Shown here piece by piece: positions 13,036 to 26,181 of a stretch of 64,000 nucleotides of DNA. The notes under the pieces are model-generated. The model ran no database searches. It saw only the letters and a list, made by a program, of their open reading frames with translations, and was not told the DNA's origin. Made by a program: the position numbers and the translations under genes. The DNA is from Octopus sinensis (Eukaryota), in contig NC_043009.1 in NCBI RefSeq assembly GCF_006345805.1, forward strand, positions 55,552,001-55,616,000. Direction: 5' to 3'. Numbering within the stretch: position 1 is the first letter of the stretch; each line of letters begins with the position of its first letter.

Positions 13036-13191
13036 CATACATATATATACACAAGGGAATTAACCCTTTGCTTGTCCTGTGTATCATAAGTGACACACAG
13101 GTTATATTTCCTTGGCACCCATGCATCATATAATACATGTTACAAATTTTTTCAACCATCAGTAACTTGGGACATATGAAAGGGAAATTTA

Positions 13192-13862
13192 TGAGGTGCA
13201 TTCGAAAAATATCTGACTTTATTTTATCCTGCCAAATCTAATAAAGTATGGGCAAAATCCTTTGGATGGGAAGTGATGCGACCCTTCCTGTGCATGCACG
13301 AAATCTTTCACACTGGTTGGCTGCATCAGCTCCCCGCAGTTACACCTAAAGTACAAATATGTAGTGGGGCTAGTTAGATTTTTTTGTCATCAAATGCATT
13401 GAGCAGAGATATTGCAGCAAGTTTTACTAAAAGCTTAGTGATACACAATCTCAAACCATCCAGACGATGGCCTTTGGCGATGATGCCATGAGTAAAACTC
13501 AGATCATGGAGTAGTACATCAGCTTCAGACATGGCTACACCTCAGTGGAGAGTGAGGCATGCTCAGGCAGGTCATCCACAAATCAAGACGAGGAGCCAAT
13601 TATGAAGGTTTAGTGAATAGTCAAAGACCATCATGTAATAACACAGGAATTGCACATGAAGTGGGAATAAGCAAAACATTCAATTTTAATGGATGATTTG
13701 TGCATGTGGAGAGTGTCAGCAAAATTCATTCTCAAGGTGTTGGCAGGACAGCAGAAGCAACTCTGCATGGAAATCATTCAGGATATGTTGGACTGTGCAA
13801 CCACAATCCAGACTTCTTGAAGATTATCATCACTGATGATAAGACATGGGTTTATGGTCTCT
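13192..13862 (+). mobile_element. Mariner transposon, 5' half, decayed
   Basis: TA|tgaggtgcattcgaaaaata end. Frames give AFGDDAMSKTQI..., SAKFILKVL (WVP-like) and NPDFLKIIITDDKTWVYG (first D of DD34D). Confidence 0.9.
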
Positions 13863-13999
13863 ACTTGATGCATTCATTCTCCTTGCATGATAGCAAAAAT
13901 CTGGTTGTATATATATATATATATAACTTAGAATAACTTAGAAAGGTTTTGGCCAGTATTGGCCCAGGCCATGTCTAACTTAATAGCACCACCTGGTGC

Positions 14000-14031
<32 letters not shown>

Positions 14032-15429
14032 CAGCATTAGAGCACAAAGCTGATTGCCCTTTGCTGGACATGGTATTCAAAGTATGTTATTCAAAAACAA
14101 GCAGAAGATAGTGAAATTACATTTTATGGAATAAAGCAACATAGTTTCATATTGTGTCTAAGGTGGCTTTGCTTGAAGATTCAAAACTCCAATTTTTTAT
14201 AATGTTGAGCAAAGCTCCTAAAACCTTTGAAGATATATAGTTTGGTGGGAATTTGCACAAATTTCCTTTAAAGTCTACTGCCCATCATTGCTAATATGCT
14301 AACCAATACTGATTGGCCAAAAAGATATGTAACTAACTACTGGTAATCAGTGATATAGTCTCCAACAAATAACTATTGTAGTCATTGTAATATTAATAAA
14401 TAATTAAATGGTTTCATCCAAGACATCAAATGGACTTGGTTTAACCTGGAACAAGTTACATTGGCAACCTGTGATGTCTGAGATTTATATTGGTGATGTC
14501 TGATGTTTTTTCAAGGTACACTGGAGACTGCGAGACTAGAAATGGCAATGAAAGCAAGCAATGTTGATGACCAGCACCTTTTAACGTAACAAATTGATGA
14601 CCAGTTTGATGTCAAGAATTGGCAGCCAAACCAACAAACTATATTAACAAGATGCCAACATTCAACTTCTACAAACCCATCACTACAACCTGCTGAATCC
14701 AACAATGATAGAGCCCTTCAAATCAATAAAACCCAACAAACATAGAAATATCGATTTCTTTGCCATTATATGTATATATACATACATTGACACACACACT
14801 CATACATAACAAATGAGAGAGAAACAGAAAATGGAATTCACAAGATTCTTTATTAATCACGATTGTTTTGACTCTGACTCATCTTACAATGAGCCCTTGC
14901 AGGTGAGATACTATACAATGGGTTATGGTGCATCATTCAGTGCAGATGTATCTCATCAGGTGACTTTTTAAAAGGTACCTCACTCAATAAACTTGGTTTG
15001 ATTATGCAGTGTGTGTGTGTGTATATATTTCTCCCTCTGCTGAAAAGGCAATTGTTTCCAAACACGCCTGCTAGATAAGTTATATTTGTCTCATTTTGTC
15101 TAAAGTCGTAAGACACCTGCTGTTATCCTGTTATTAACCATTCTTGTTTTTATTTTTATTTTTATTTTTGTTTTCGTTTTTTGTATTTATATTCGTCCCT
15201 GTTGCGTTTACATTCGTTCCTTTTTCCAAGAAATCTAATGCTCACAGCTTAGTTTTTCCTTGGGGCTGGCCGCGTTGGAGCAAATATCAGAATTAATCAG
15301 CCGAAATTTGCTATGATGATCCGGTTTCTGACTGAAGATTAAAGGCTTCGAATGACCCGTCTGTTTTCTGTGTTCGTCCCTTTGTGTATTTCACTTTCTT
15401 GTTTCTTTATATATAAATTTTATTCCTAT

Positions 15430-15613
15430 ACATACATACATGCATGCATGCATGCATGCATGCATGCATCCATGCATGCATACATACATACATACATACA
15501 TACATACATACATACATACATACATACATACATACATACATACATACATACATACATACATACATACATACATACATACATACATACATACATACATACA
15601 TACATACATACAT
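15430..15613. repeat. (CATA)n/(CATG)n microsatellite
   Basis: Directly visible; source of the MYVC/HTYI ORFs. Confidence 0.98.
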
Positions 15614-16084
15614 AGTATTAAGCACTTATGGTATGCAAATTAGTTTTCCCAGTTCTCTGAAACTACTGGATTACATTGACTCCAATACTTGACTGACGTT
15701 TTTGTTTTTCAAACTCTGAGGTATGAAATGCAAAGCTGATCTCAACAGGGTTTGAACTCAGAATGGAAAGAGCCAGAAGAAATGCTGTTTGGAATTTTGT
15801 CTGGTGCAGTTATGACTCAGCCAGCTAGTCACCTCAGTAACAACAATAATAATTCTTTCTATTATAGGCACAATTATAGGCTCGAAATTTGGTGGGAGGG
15901 GGCTAGTGAATACCATCAACACCAACCTGAAAGGATGAAAGGCAAAGTTGACTTCAGCAGTACTGGAACTCAGAATATAACAAGTCAAAAGAAATACTGC
16001 TAAGCACTTTGTCCAGCGTGCTAGTTGTACATTATTTACATTATTTACATTCGATAGATATTTGTCCCCATCTTGTTTGTTGTT

Positions 16085-16127
16085 AACACGTTTCAGCTGA
16101 TATACCCTCCAGCCTTCTTCAGGTGTC
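16085..16127 (-). ncRNA. Degenerate type-I hammerhead ribozyme motif (Penelope-type)
   Basis: gacac-CTGAAGA-a-ggctgg-(8 nt)-tcagct-GAAAC-gtgtt: stems I and II pair, but the stem III 3' strand and NUH are missing. Confidence 0.6.
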
Positions 16128-16194
16128 TTGGGGAAATTTTGAACCTGGGTTCTCATTCCTAAGGTATTTTTCAATGTTATTATTATTATATATA

Positions 16195-16605
16195 GGCGCA
16201 GGAGTGGCTGTGCGGTAAGTAGCTTGCTAACCAACCGCATGGTTCCGGGTTCAGTCCCACTGCGTGGCATCTTGGGCAAGTGTCTTCTGCTATAGCCCCG
16301 GGCCGACCAATGCCTTGTGAGTGGATTTGGTAGACGGAAACTGAAAGAAGCCTGTCGTATATATGTATATATATATATATGTGTGTGTGTGTTCATGTGT
16401 CTGTGTTTGTCCCCCTAGCATTGCTTGACAACCGATGCTGGTGTGTTTAGGTCTCCGTCACTTAGCGGTTCGGCAAAAATGAGACCGATAGAATAAGTAC
16501 TGGGCTTACAAAGAATAAGTCCTGGGGTCGATTTGCTCGACTAAAGGCGGTGCTCCAGCATGGCTGCAGACAAATGACTGAAACAAGTAAAAGAGTAAAA
16601 GAGTA
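16195..16605 (+). mobile_element. tRNA-head SINE family A, near consensus
   Basis: ggcgcaggagtggctgtgcggtaag...ggttcagtccc...aaacaagtaaaagagtaaaagagta. Confidence 0.92.
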
Positions 16606-19454
16606 ATAGTGTTCAGGTCACTGCTTTGAATCGAAATCGGAATCTTGGGGTTAGCAGCCTGTGCTCTTAACCACTACACCATATTCCCATGTGCTAGTTG
16701 TATTTAATATCCAGTTTTTAATCCCAAACAATTTTCTCAAAGCAGAGCAATTCATTATCTTAACAATTCTTAAAACAAAATGCAATTTGGCACTTAACAG
16801 ACAACTGACTGGTATATTTTAAATAGTAACCACTGATCAAAAATAGTGAGAAATAGTATTCACAAATTTTCAAAAATTTATATGCCAGGTTGTATTGAGA
16901 GTACTGATATTACAGGCAATGGTCTCTGGAGAGAAAAACTTTTTTAATGTTGAAAGAAAAATTGATAATTTGAAACATCAAGAAACAAGGAAAATTTTTT
17001 GTTCTCTAACAAACTTTTTTCTCAGTTCATTTCTGCTCACTCTAAAATAACACATCCAGTGCATCATGTTGACAGCCTCATTTCTTTCTACCTTACAAGT
17101 TTTTCTTATTTAAGACCTATGTTTTACAACTTTGCATTTCATACAAAACACCGTACAACTGGGAGAGTGAAGGGTGGTGATAATAGCACTGAGCTGTTTT
17201 GTTTTATGTTCTTATTCTGGTTACAGCGCTTTTGGAACATCCACCTCTACTGAATTAGGTCATCTAGGTAACAAAGCCAATCAGCCTTATGAGCACTTGA
17301 AGGCATTTTCTGTATGGAAGTCAACATCAAATCCAACAATGCACGTTTCAAATGTCCAGTGATAAAAACAAGAAGAAAACAAACAGAAAATCGTGTATAT
17401 GTGTAGGAAGTATCACAGCTGGCTACAGTAATAAAGTAGCTATCTTAGCAACTGAAGGGACAACAGTTCATACGATGTTATTATTACTATTCTATGTCAC
17501 TACTGAAGAGAATTCCGGCTGGTTCAGTCTACAAATTCTGTGAGTAGAAATTATGTGGTAGCAAGATTTTTCTGCAAACAATAATAGTGCCATATAATTG
17601 AAGAGAAGTTTATTAATTTGCAGTGCCCAGTTAAAATCCTGGTGGAGAGAGGGAGAGAGAGAAGATGGACAAACGATATCAGCCCTTTCAGAATGACTTG
17701 CTAATTTGAGTTGAGGGAACCTGAACATAACTGCTTGATCTAGAAGAAATAATGGCTTTATCTCTCTTAAAATAACCACACCCTAACATCTTAAAAGGAA
17801 GGACATATTGGATAACGTAATCTTAGATAAATAACATGGGGTGCTTATGACTGGAATGTCTTTGGTCATAGCTGAGCTGGGGTTAAACAATAATAACACT
17901 ACATAGCTTGCACAATATTCTTAATAATAATATTTTCAACCAGTTCGGCAGTGAACTGACAGAATTGTTAGCATGCTGGGCAAAATACTTAGTGGCATTT
18001 CCCCCATTTTTATATTCTGAGCTGAAATTCTGCCAAGATCGACTTTAATTTTCGTCCTTTTGGGGTCAATAAAAAAGCACCAGTTGAGCATCAAAGTTGA
18101 TGTAATAAACTTACTGCTTCCTCTGGAATTCCTAGATTTGTTCCAAAATTTGAAATCATTATTTTCTACCAGAATATAAAGGATATATTATATTATCATC
18201 ATTGTTGTTTCCACCACAAGATCCAGAACTTGAGTTTCTCAATATTCCTTAGAGCTATGCCAGTCAAAGGATAGAGGTCGAATTAATATGGACCGTCTCT
18301 TCCTAGAGATAAAAATGGGTTTGTATACAGACAACATCCCTACCAAAAATAAAAATCTAAGTTACATAAGCATTGATGACAATTCAAAACCAACAAGACT
18401 CGGGAGAGGAAGGCCTTCCCTCAGAGAGACATGGCTGTGGTAAAGCTGGAAAAATAGGGATCCAACTAGAATGAGGCAGAAAAGGTAGCCTAGAGTCAAG
18501 AACAGTAGCTGCGGGGCAAAATGGGTAATTTCTGATTTCTTATTAATATTTTTTTGTGTTTGAAACAATTACAATGTGAATGTTGCTTATTTTATACTAT
18601 TATGTCATCGTTGGGAGTAAAAATTGATCGCCACTGTTGTTACTGAATTTGAGACTAAAAATTGGTTGGCACTGTTGTTACTCAATTTGAAACAGCTTGA
18701 AATATAGTCAACTGACAGGCACTTTTTTTCCAAGAAATTTTTCAACTTTGATCCAACTGTAGTTGGAGTTGCTAATAAGATATCTGGATAATTTTTGGTG
18801 TTTAACAATTAAAATTCTTTTCTCTGTTGGATTCCAAGTCAATTTTTTTTCTCATGCTAATGTCTAATTTGATAATTTTCAATTTTCAAAAAATGATGTC
18901 TAAATTTAGGCAAAATGAGTAACAATTAGTTTCAATTTCTTCTCTTTAACAGCATGACGCATAAATACATCTGGAAGAAAACCACTCCAGCAGATTGTAA
19001 AAGAAGACATAGAGAATATTGTATGTTGAGTTTTGTTTATTTCATATCATGTGCCATTTTTCCAAGATCCTCTTTCATTTGACTGAGATATTTAGAATTC
19101 TTGTTGCATTTCTGATCTTGATACTGATATACATGAGTCTTTTTTCAAATATAATTCTCAAGAACTGAAGAGGCAAATTTACCTTACTTTGTCTTACTCA
19201 TTTAGCTCCAGCTAACTTTGTCTTTTATATGCTCAAAGAGAATGGTGATAATTTACTGAAATAATGTTCTGATTATGTTGTAGCCCTTTTAATGTATTTA
19301 GAGGTCATTTGCTTAGCTGATAGATTTTTTGTAGGGTAGTAAACATTTGTAAAAAAATATAGGTGTGGCTGTGTGGTAAGAAGCTTCCGACCAATGACTT
19401 GTGAGTAGATTTGGTAGATGGAAACTGAAAGAAGCCTATTGTATATATGTATCT

Positions 19455-19510
19455 ACAGTAATCCCTCGACTATTGCAGGTATTACATTCCACCCACCCCC
19501 GCGATAGGGG
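19455..19510 (+). mobile_element. Tigger/pogo-like terminal fragment
   Basis: TA|cagtaatccctcgactatt...ccccgcgatag. Confidence 0.55.
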
Positions 19511-22274
19511 TTAAAAGAGTTAAAAATCCAATTACCACCACCAACATCATCATCATCGTACATCCATTTTCCATGTTGACATGGATTGGATGCGTCATCA
19601 ATGTCTGAGTTGGTTCATACTTAGAGTTACTACTCTCAATTGTCTATCAAAAATATTTTCTTAAATGGGTAAACATTTTTCGTAGGTTATGACCAAGATC
19701 AGATAAAGTTGATTTTTCTTAATTAGATGGGAAATCAACATTGTGAATAATTAACTAATTGAAAGACGAGTAGGAATTTTTGTGAGAAGTGAGGGAGAAA
19801 AGTGAAAACTTGTTAATTTTGCGTTTAATTTAAATAATTTATTGCAATTCATATAAATGAGTAAAAAGCCAATAAAAATTAGCAATGCACTAATGGAAAT
19901 AAGATTAAAAATTTACAAATAAATCATTAAAGTCTTCTCCCCTCCCCACCTGAAAGACCAAATTTACATATATCTGACAGCAGGCTATTTTAAAAGTGAA
20001 ATAGAAAAAAATTTTAAATGATATTTCATATCAGGTGTAGTCATAGGCATGGCTATGTAGTTTCAGAAGCTTCCTTTGCAACCATGGGATTTTATGTTCA
20101 GCCCACCGTATGGCTCCTTGGGTAAGTATCTTTTACTATAGCTCCAGGCAGACCAATGCCTAGTGAATGAAATTGGCAGACAAAAACTTCATGGAAGCCT
20201 GTCACGAGTGTGTGTGTGACTGTGTTTGTCACTCCTACCAGCTTGATAACTGGTGTTGCTTTGTTTACATGCCCATAACCTAGCAGTTTGGCAAAAGACT
20301 AAAGGCGGCGGCGAGCTGGCAGAAATGTTAGCATGCCGGGGGAAATGTTTAGCGGTATTTCATCTGCCGCTACATTCTAAGTTCAAATTCTGCCGAGGTT
20401 GACTTTGCCTTTCATCCTTTCGGGGTCATTTAAATAAGTACCAATTATGCTCTAGGGTCAATATAATCGACTTAATCCGTTTGTCTGTCCTTGTTTGTCC
20501 CCTGTGTGTTTAGCCCCTTGTGGGTAGTAAAGAAATAGGTATTTCGTCTGCTGCTATGTCCTGAGTTCAAATTCTGCTGAGGTTGACTTTGCCTTTCATC
20601 CTTTCAGGGTCGATTAAATAAGTACCAATAACACTCTGGGGTTGATATAATCAACTTAATCCGTTTGTCTGTCCTTGTTTGTCCCCTCTGTGTGTAGAAA
20701 TAAGTTTGGCAAAAGACTAACAGAATAGGTACCAGACTTAAAAAATTTAAAAACCTAAGTACTAGGGCAATTTGTTCAACTAATTGTTTGCAGACCAATG
20801 ACAGAATCAAGTAAAAGACAAAAAGGAAAGAAAAAAATCATAGGCTGCTTTAGTCAACTGAATTTTGACTTTAGAAACTCACAGATAACACAGTTTCCTA
20901 ATCTTATTTGGTTCATTGATTTCTTTAATATGTCAATTAAATTAATGTGTCTGTTTCTATGTGGTCCAGGAACTGTCAGAATATCTGTCTTCCATTGTCT
21001 TGTAAACATGAATTGCATTTAGATTATTATTGGAACATTATAGAGACAAGCTGTCAGCAGCTGCCATTGCAACTTTGGTTTCAATTGCCAATTGTAACCA
21101 AATCACTTTACCTCTAAAGGTAATGACCTTCAGAAACATCATAAATTCTATATAACTGCAACCCCTCTCAAGAAAAATCAATACGTTACTTACAAGTGGT
21201 TAGGTCAGTAGAGTTGGCAGATACATGGAGGCAATTTAACTACATGTTTTATTACATTCCATTCATTTTAGTGCTTTTAGATTGTGAACTGTTGAATGAA
21301 TGACACATATTCTATACCTACTCAACAAACATTGGTATGAAGCCAGTAAGGGAACAATTATGTGACTTGCTACAAGTAGCAACCAAGTCAACCTCTAGTC
21401 ATATCTCACTCTCTTCAAAATGAAGCACATTGGACAATGTAGTCTTAAAAACTGCTTATAAAAATGGGATGGTCATGGATGAAATATCTAATTATAGGCT
21501 TGCTCAATTAAGCTTGACCTGAGTCTAGCTTTGGGCTAAGCAACAAATTGGCCTAGTGGTTTGTCAACTAAATATTGGCTTCAAATATTGGCACAAGGCC
21601 AGAAATTTTGGGGGAAGAGTTACGTCTATTACACGAAACCCAGCGCACAACTATTTATTTTATCGACTCCAAAAGGCTAAAAGGGAAAGGCGACCTCAGC
21701 AGAATTTGAACTCAGAATGTAAAAATAGATGAAATATTGCTAAGCATTTTTTGCCCATGTGCTAAGTTGTTCTGCCAGCTTGCAACCTTAATGATAATAA
21801 TAGGTACACAATCCTTTATCCAGAACGCTTGTGGACAGCTGTGTTCTGAATTTTGGGGTTTTCCAGATTTCAGAACAAAAGCCAGCTGCCCCAGATTGTA
21901 AACTAGACATTAAAATAAACATCCTACTATGGTAACAAAAGCACATATATACATATTCACAATCAGTAGGGAAAATAGATAGTTAATGAGTAATATACTG
22001 GTAAATGAAATAGTGAGATAATGAAGACCACAAATAACAAAATACATTTAGTGGGATGATTTAAAATTAGAATACTTAAGTACAGGTATACACATTACCA
22101 TAATATTTCTGCAGAGTGACGTGTAAGTATTTGCACTAATTTGAATAAAGAAAGACTACAAATGGTATTGCAGTTTATTCGTATGCTAGAGCCATAAATT
22201 GGTTCAAACTAGGCTAAATATGTAGCTGTAAGTGTTACCAATGTCATCATCAAGTTGCAGGCAAACCTCCGATG

Positions 22275-22480
22275 GTGGGTCAGGAATGGGGGTTCTCAAG
22301 TGATGAAGTAGCATTACAAAAGAGGGCACTTTTAAAGACTTCTTCAAGTGTCATCTGTTTCTGTCTAAGCAACATCTCTTTAATTGAGTGAATTCCCATA
22401 ATCTGCTGCTCACTGATAAATACATGTTGCTCAAGGCCAGCTATTAACTGATCACGAATTTTCACCATATCGTCTACAGG
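22275..22480 (-). mobile_element. Ty3/Gypsy gag-like fragment
   Basis: KIRDQLIAGL...IKEMLLRQKQMTLEEVFKSA resembles the gag RDQxxxGL...LL...LTLxxA motif. Confidence 0.55.
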
Positions 22481-22770
22481 AATTTGTCTATGTAATTTTC
22501 CAGAGTTTCATAATCAGCAGAAGCTTTTTCACCACAGCTCTTCAGATATTTTACACCCTGACACTTAAATTTTTGCAGCCAACCTTTTGACACTCTCCTT
22601 CAATGTTCAATTCTTTATGATATATTCTAGCTTGTTTCATGACAAACAAACCATTCAGTGGTATATGTTCCCTTCTTTGTTGTTGAATTCATTCTATCAC
22701 CACATGGTCAAGATCTTTAATTTTTGCCCTATGTAGTGTTTTCCTATTTATCTCATCAAAAGAACAATAT
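22480..22770 (-). mobile_element. Tigger/pogo transposase CENP-B HTH fragment
   Basis: DLDHVVIE..QQQRREHIPLNGLFVMKQA... and, after a frameshift, SKGWLQKFKCQGVKYLKSCGEKASAD. Confidence 0.82.
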
Positions 22771-23389
22771 TTGTGCTTTTACTTTTACTGGTTTCAGTCA
22801 TTTGACTGTGGCCATGCTGAAGCACTGGCTTAAAGGGATTTAGTTGAAGAAATTGACCCCAGGACCATTTCTTTATAAGCCTAGTACTTATTCTATCAGA
22901 GTGTTTTGCCAAATCACTAAGCTACAGGGACATAAACACACCACCAGCAGTTGTCACGTGATAGTGGGGGCACAAACACAAACACATAAATACACACACA
23001 CACAATATATATACTAGCAGCTAAGTTTGGTTTCACCCAGTCAGTTTGGATGATGTGGCTGTAAAACTTGCTCTGTGTAAGCATTTGACTTGTTTGGGAA
23101 TGCTCATGTTAAAAGACAATTTTAGAATTACTTTCTTCTGTCAAAACGCTAAAAGTAACTGACCAACAAAAAAAAACTCAACCAAGATTCAACCAAATCA
23201 AAAAGTAAACCCAAATACTAAGCGAACAAAGATGAACCATCTCACTTCCATTGCACGTGCACATGCACAAACACACACACATTCACATACCCCCGTTTTA
23301 CATACACATATATTCACACAGAGTTGAAATGCTGTTTGATTTTTTTTTTCAGCGTACAATTTTCATCATCCCCCTACCAAGTATGACAT

Positions 23390-23585
23390 CAACCCTTCCT
23401 TTCTCATTCATAAACACAAGAGTATTATTATAGTAGAGTATCTTGGTAACCATGGGAGCTATGAGAAAATATGACATCATCCTTTCCTTCCTTATTCATC
23501 TATCATCCCTTCCTTTCTCATTCATAAACACAAAAGTATTATTATAGTAGATTATCTCGGTAACCATGGGAGCTATGAAAAAATA
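23390..23585. repeat. Local tandem duplication, period ~114 bp
   Basis: ttctcattcataaacacaa..gtattattatagtaga..ggtaaccatgggagctatg starts at 23401 and 23515. Confidence 0.88.
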
Positions 23586-25947
23586 CAAAGCCCAGCAACA
23601 CCACCTGATCAATCTACACAGTGTAATTTTCTGTGCAATTCTACCCAGGCGTTTGACCATGAATACCAAGACAAGAAAGAATTGCCTATGTCAAATTTAT
23701 ATGTATAGATATACACACACTCAGAAACAGGCTTCTTTCAGTTTCCATCTACCAAATCCGCTCACAAGGCTTTGGCCAGCCTGAAGCTACAGCAGAAGAC
23801 ACTTGCCCAAGGTACCATGCTGTGGGACTGAACCTGGAACCATGTGGTTGGGAAGCAAACTTCTTACCACATGGCCACACTTGGTAATGTATTTTAAAAC
23901 TTGGTGCTAATAATATGGAAAGTAAACAAAATATATTCTGCATCTTCACACACACACAAACACACACACAGAGGAATGCCTCACACACACAAAAAAAACA
24001 AATAAGTTTCATCATCTGAATATTTAAAGATGTTTTATTTACAAAATTGAGCTGTAAATTATTCTTGGTCAATATCTTAAAACATACAACCGAAAAAGAA
24101 AAAAAAAGCAAATTTACAATTTTATCATACTCTGTTTAAAGAAATAAACCAAACATTTGGGGTGCTCTTACAAGTAAGAATTGTGTACATGAATAAAAGA
24201 AACGAAAGTCAAAATTTTAAAAAAGTCTTTAATAAAAAATGCGAGTAAAATGAAATGTCTTTAGGGAGATTTTTGTTGAGTTATTTGACAGATATAAACC
24301 AAAACCATGTCAAAAGGCATAAAATATGTTAATATTTGTACAAAAGCGCTTTCTGTTATGTTTCCAACTTTCAAATGATGGGCTTGTCGTAGACATTTCA
24401 GTTCTTGTTGAACCTTAACCTGAAATGAGTGAAAATATCAAAGATAAATTGCAAAATTACTTGAATTTACCCTGCAATATATAAAATTTAGTTATAAGAG
24501 TGCAAAATTATAGAGAGGATGTGTAGCCAATTTAATTGATCTGAAGACATTCCTGGTTCTTATCCTATTCTGTTTAAGTAGGGGATTTATGCTCAATATG
24601 CTCAGTGAGGGCACATGGTTCACTAGTTAGAGCGTCAATCTCACAATCATGAGGTAGTGAGTTTGATTCCTAAACTGGGCTGTGTGGTGTGTTCTTGAGC
24701 AAGACACTTTATTTCATATTGCTCTAGTTCACTCAGCTGTAGAAATGAGTTGCAACATCACTGGTGCCAAGCTGTATTGGCCTTTGCCTTTCCCTTGGAT
24801 AACATTGGTGGCATGGAGAGGGGAGACTGGTATGCCTGGGTGACTGCTGGTCTTCCATAAAACATTGCCCAGACTTGTGCTTCAGAGGGTAACTTTTTAG
24901 GTGCAAACCTAAAGTCATATGTGATTGAACGAGGTCCTTCCTTTATGCTCAATGCATAAAGGCAAGGGAAATTACATATAAAACAGAATTTAGCAAGACA
25001 TCACTATTTCTGCCACACTATCTTATCATCATTGTCGTTGTCATCATTTAATGCCTATTTTTCATGCTGGCACGAGATGGATGGTTTGACAAGATCCAGC
25101 AAACTGCAGTGCTGCATCAAGCTCCAATGTCTGCTTTTGCGTGGTTTCTACAGCTGTGTACCCTACCTAATGCCAACCACTTCCCAATGTGCACTGGTTG
25201 CTTTTTTGTTTTTTTAGTGCTACTTGCTCTAGTGAGTAACTTGCAAAACTGGAAGAGAACAAGAAAAAGAAAAGCCTTCTGAACTAAGTGTATGTGTGTT
25301 TAGGGGGATATTTGGGAGGTAGGAGGGGTGGTTTTATGCCAGGTATTGGGAGGTGAAAGTATGACAGAGGGACAAAAGCAAGTGACATGCTATATAGAAA
25401 AGCACGGTTACCCTGAATTACATAAGGGTGGATGGGAGAAGTTAAGAAGGAGATAAGATGGTGGTGATGGGATGTCAGAGCAAATCCTCAAGGAGTAAAA
25501 AAAGGATCAGGAGGGGGAAGGTAATGTGATAAGAATATAAAGGGAGAGTAGTAGATGGTTAGAGATGAGGATAAAGGACCGTTATTAAAAACAAAGAATA
25601 TAATTTAACAGTTTAAAAACTTATGCAATTTCAGAATCAAAGACTGAAAATTTAACCTCTGAAGAAAAGAATGAACAAATTTTAAAATAAGTTTTTTTAC
25701 CCCAATATTGTACTACCCTAAATAAATATGATATGCATGCATTGATAAAGGTAAATTATGAAAATTACTTAAGTTCTAAGTTTTATTCTATGAAGACAAA
25801 ATAGTTATGGCAATGAATATTGATCAAGTAACTAGTTTGTAACCTACCACCGATACAGACTTGTTTAAGCAGAGATACCAGCTATAGAATTTTGTCAATA
25901 TGAATTAAATAAATGTATAATAAAGTAGTTAATAATAAGCTTACCTT

Positions 25948-26039
25948 TTAAGATACAGGTTTGATATCAATGTGGAGTAACAGCATTGATTTATAAATTA
26001 CTTCGTTTTTCTTGTTGTTAAGATTAAACTGTCGGTAGC
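25948..26039 (-). CDS. PLCD: PLC delta last coding exon, ending in TAA
   Basis: cttacag| then GYRQFNLNNKKNEVIYKSMLLLHIDIKPVS*. The protein ends right after C2, as in the delta class. Confidence 0.93.
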
Positions 26040-26098
26040 CTGTAAGTAAGAAATATTTAAGCATTCAATCATTTTAAATCCATTCATATATATTTTAA

Positions 26099-26181
26099 TG
26101 GCTCTGAGGAAGCCATAAGATGTTGCACAAGCATTCAGTTACATGTGCACTGCTCCTTACTGCAGAAACAGCTGTAAGCTA
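26099..26181 (+). ncRNA. Type-I minimal hammerhead ribozyme motif (Penelope-type), stem II eroded
   Basis: tggct-CTGAGGA-agcc...tgca-GAAAC-AGCT-GTA-agcta: stem I tggct/agcta, palindromic stem III and GUA cleavage triplet. Confidence 0.62.

Noticed and set aside
15300-15365. ctgaagat...cgaat hammerhead-like string
   Set aside because: It has GAAT instead of GAAA and no stem II in the required register.
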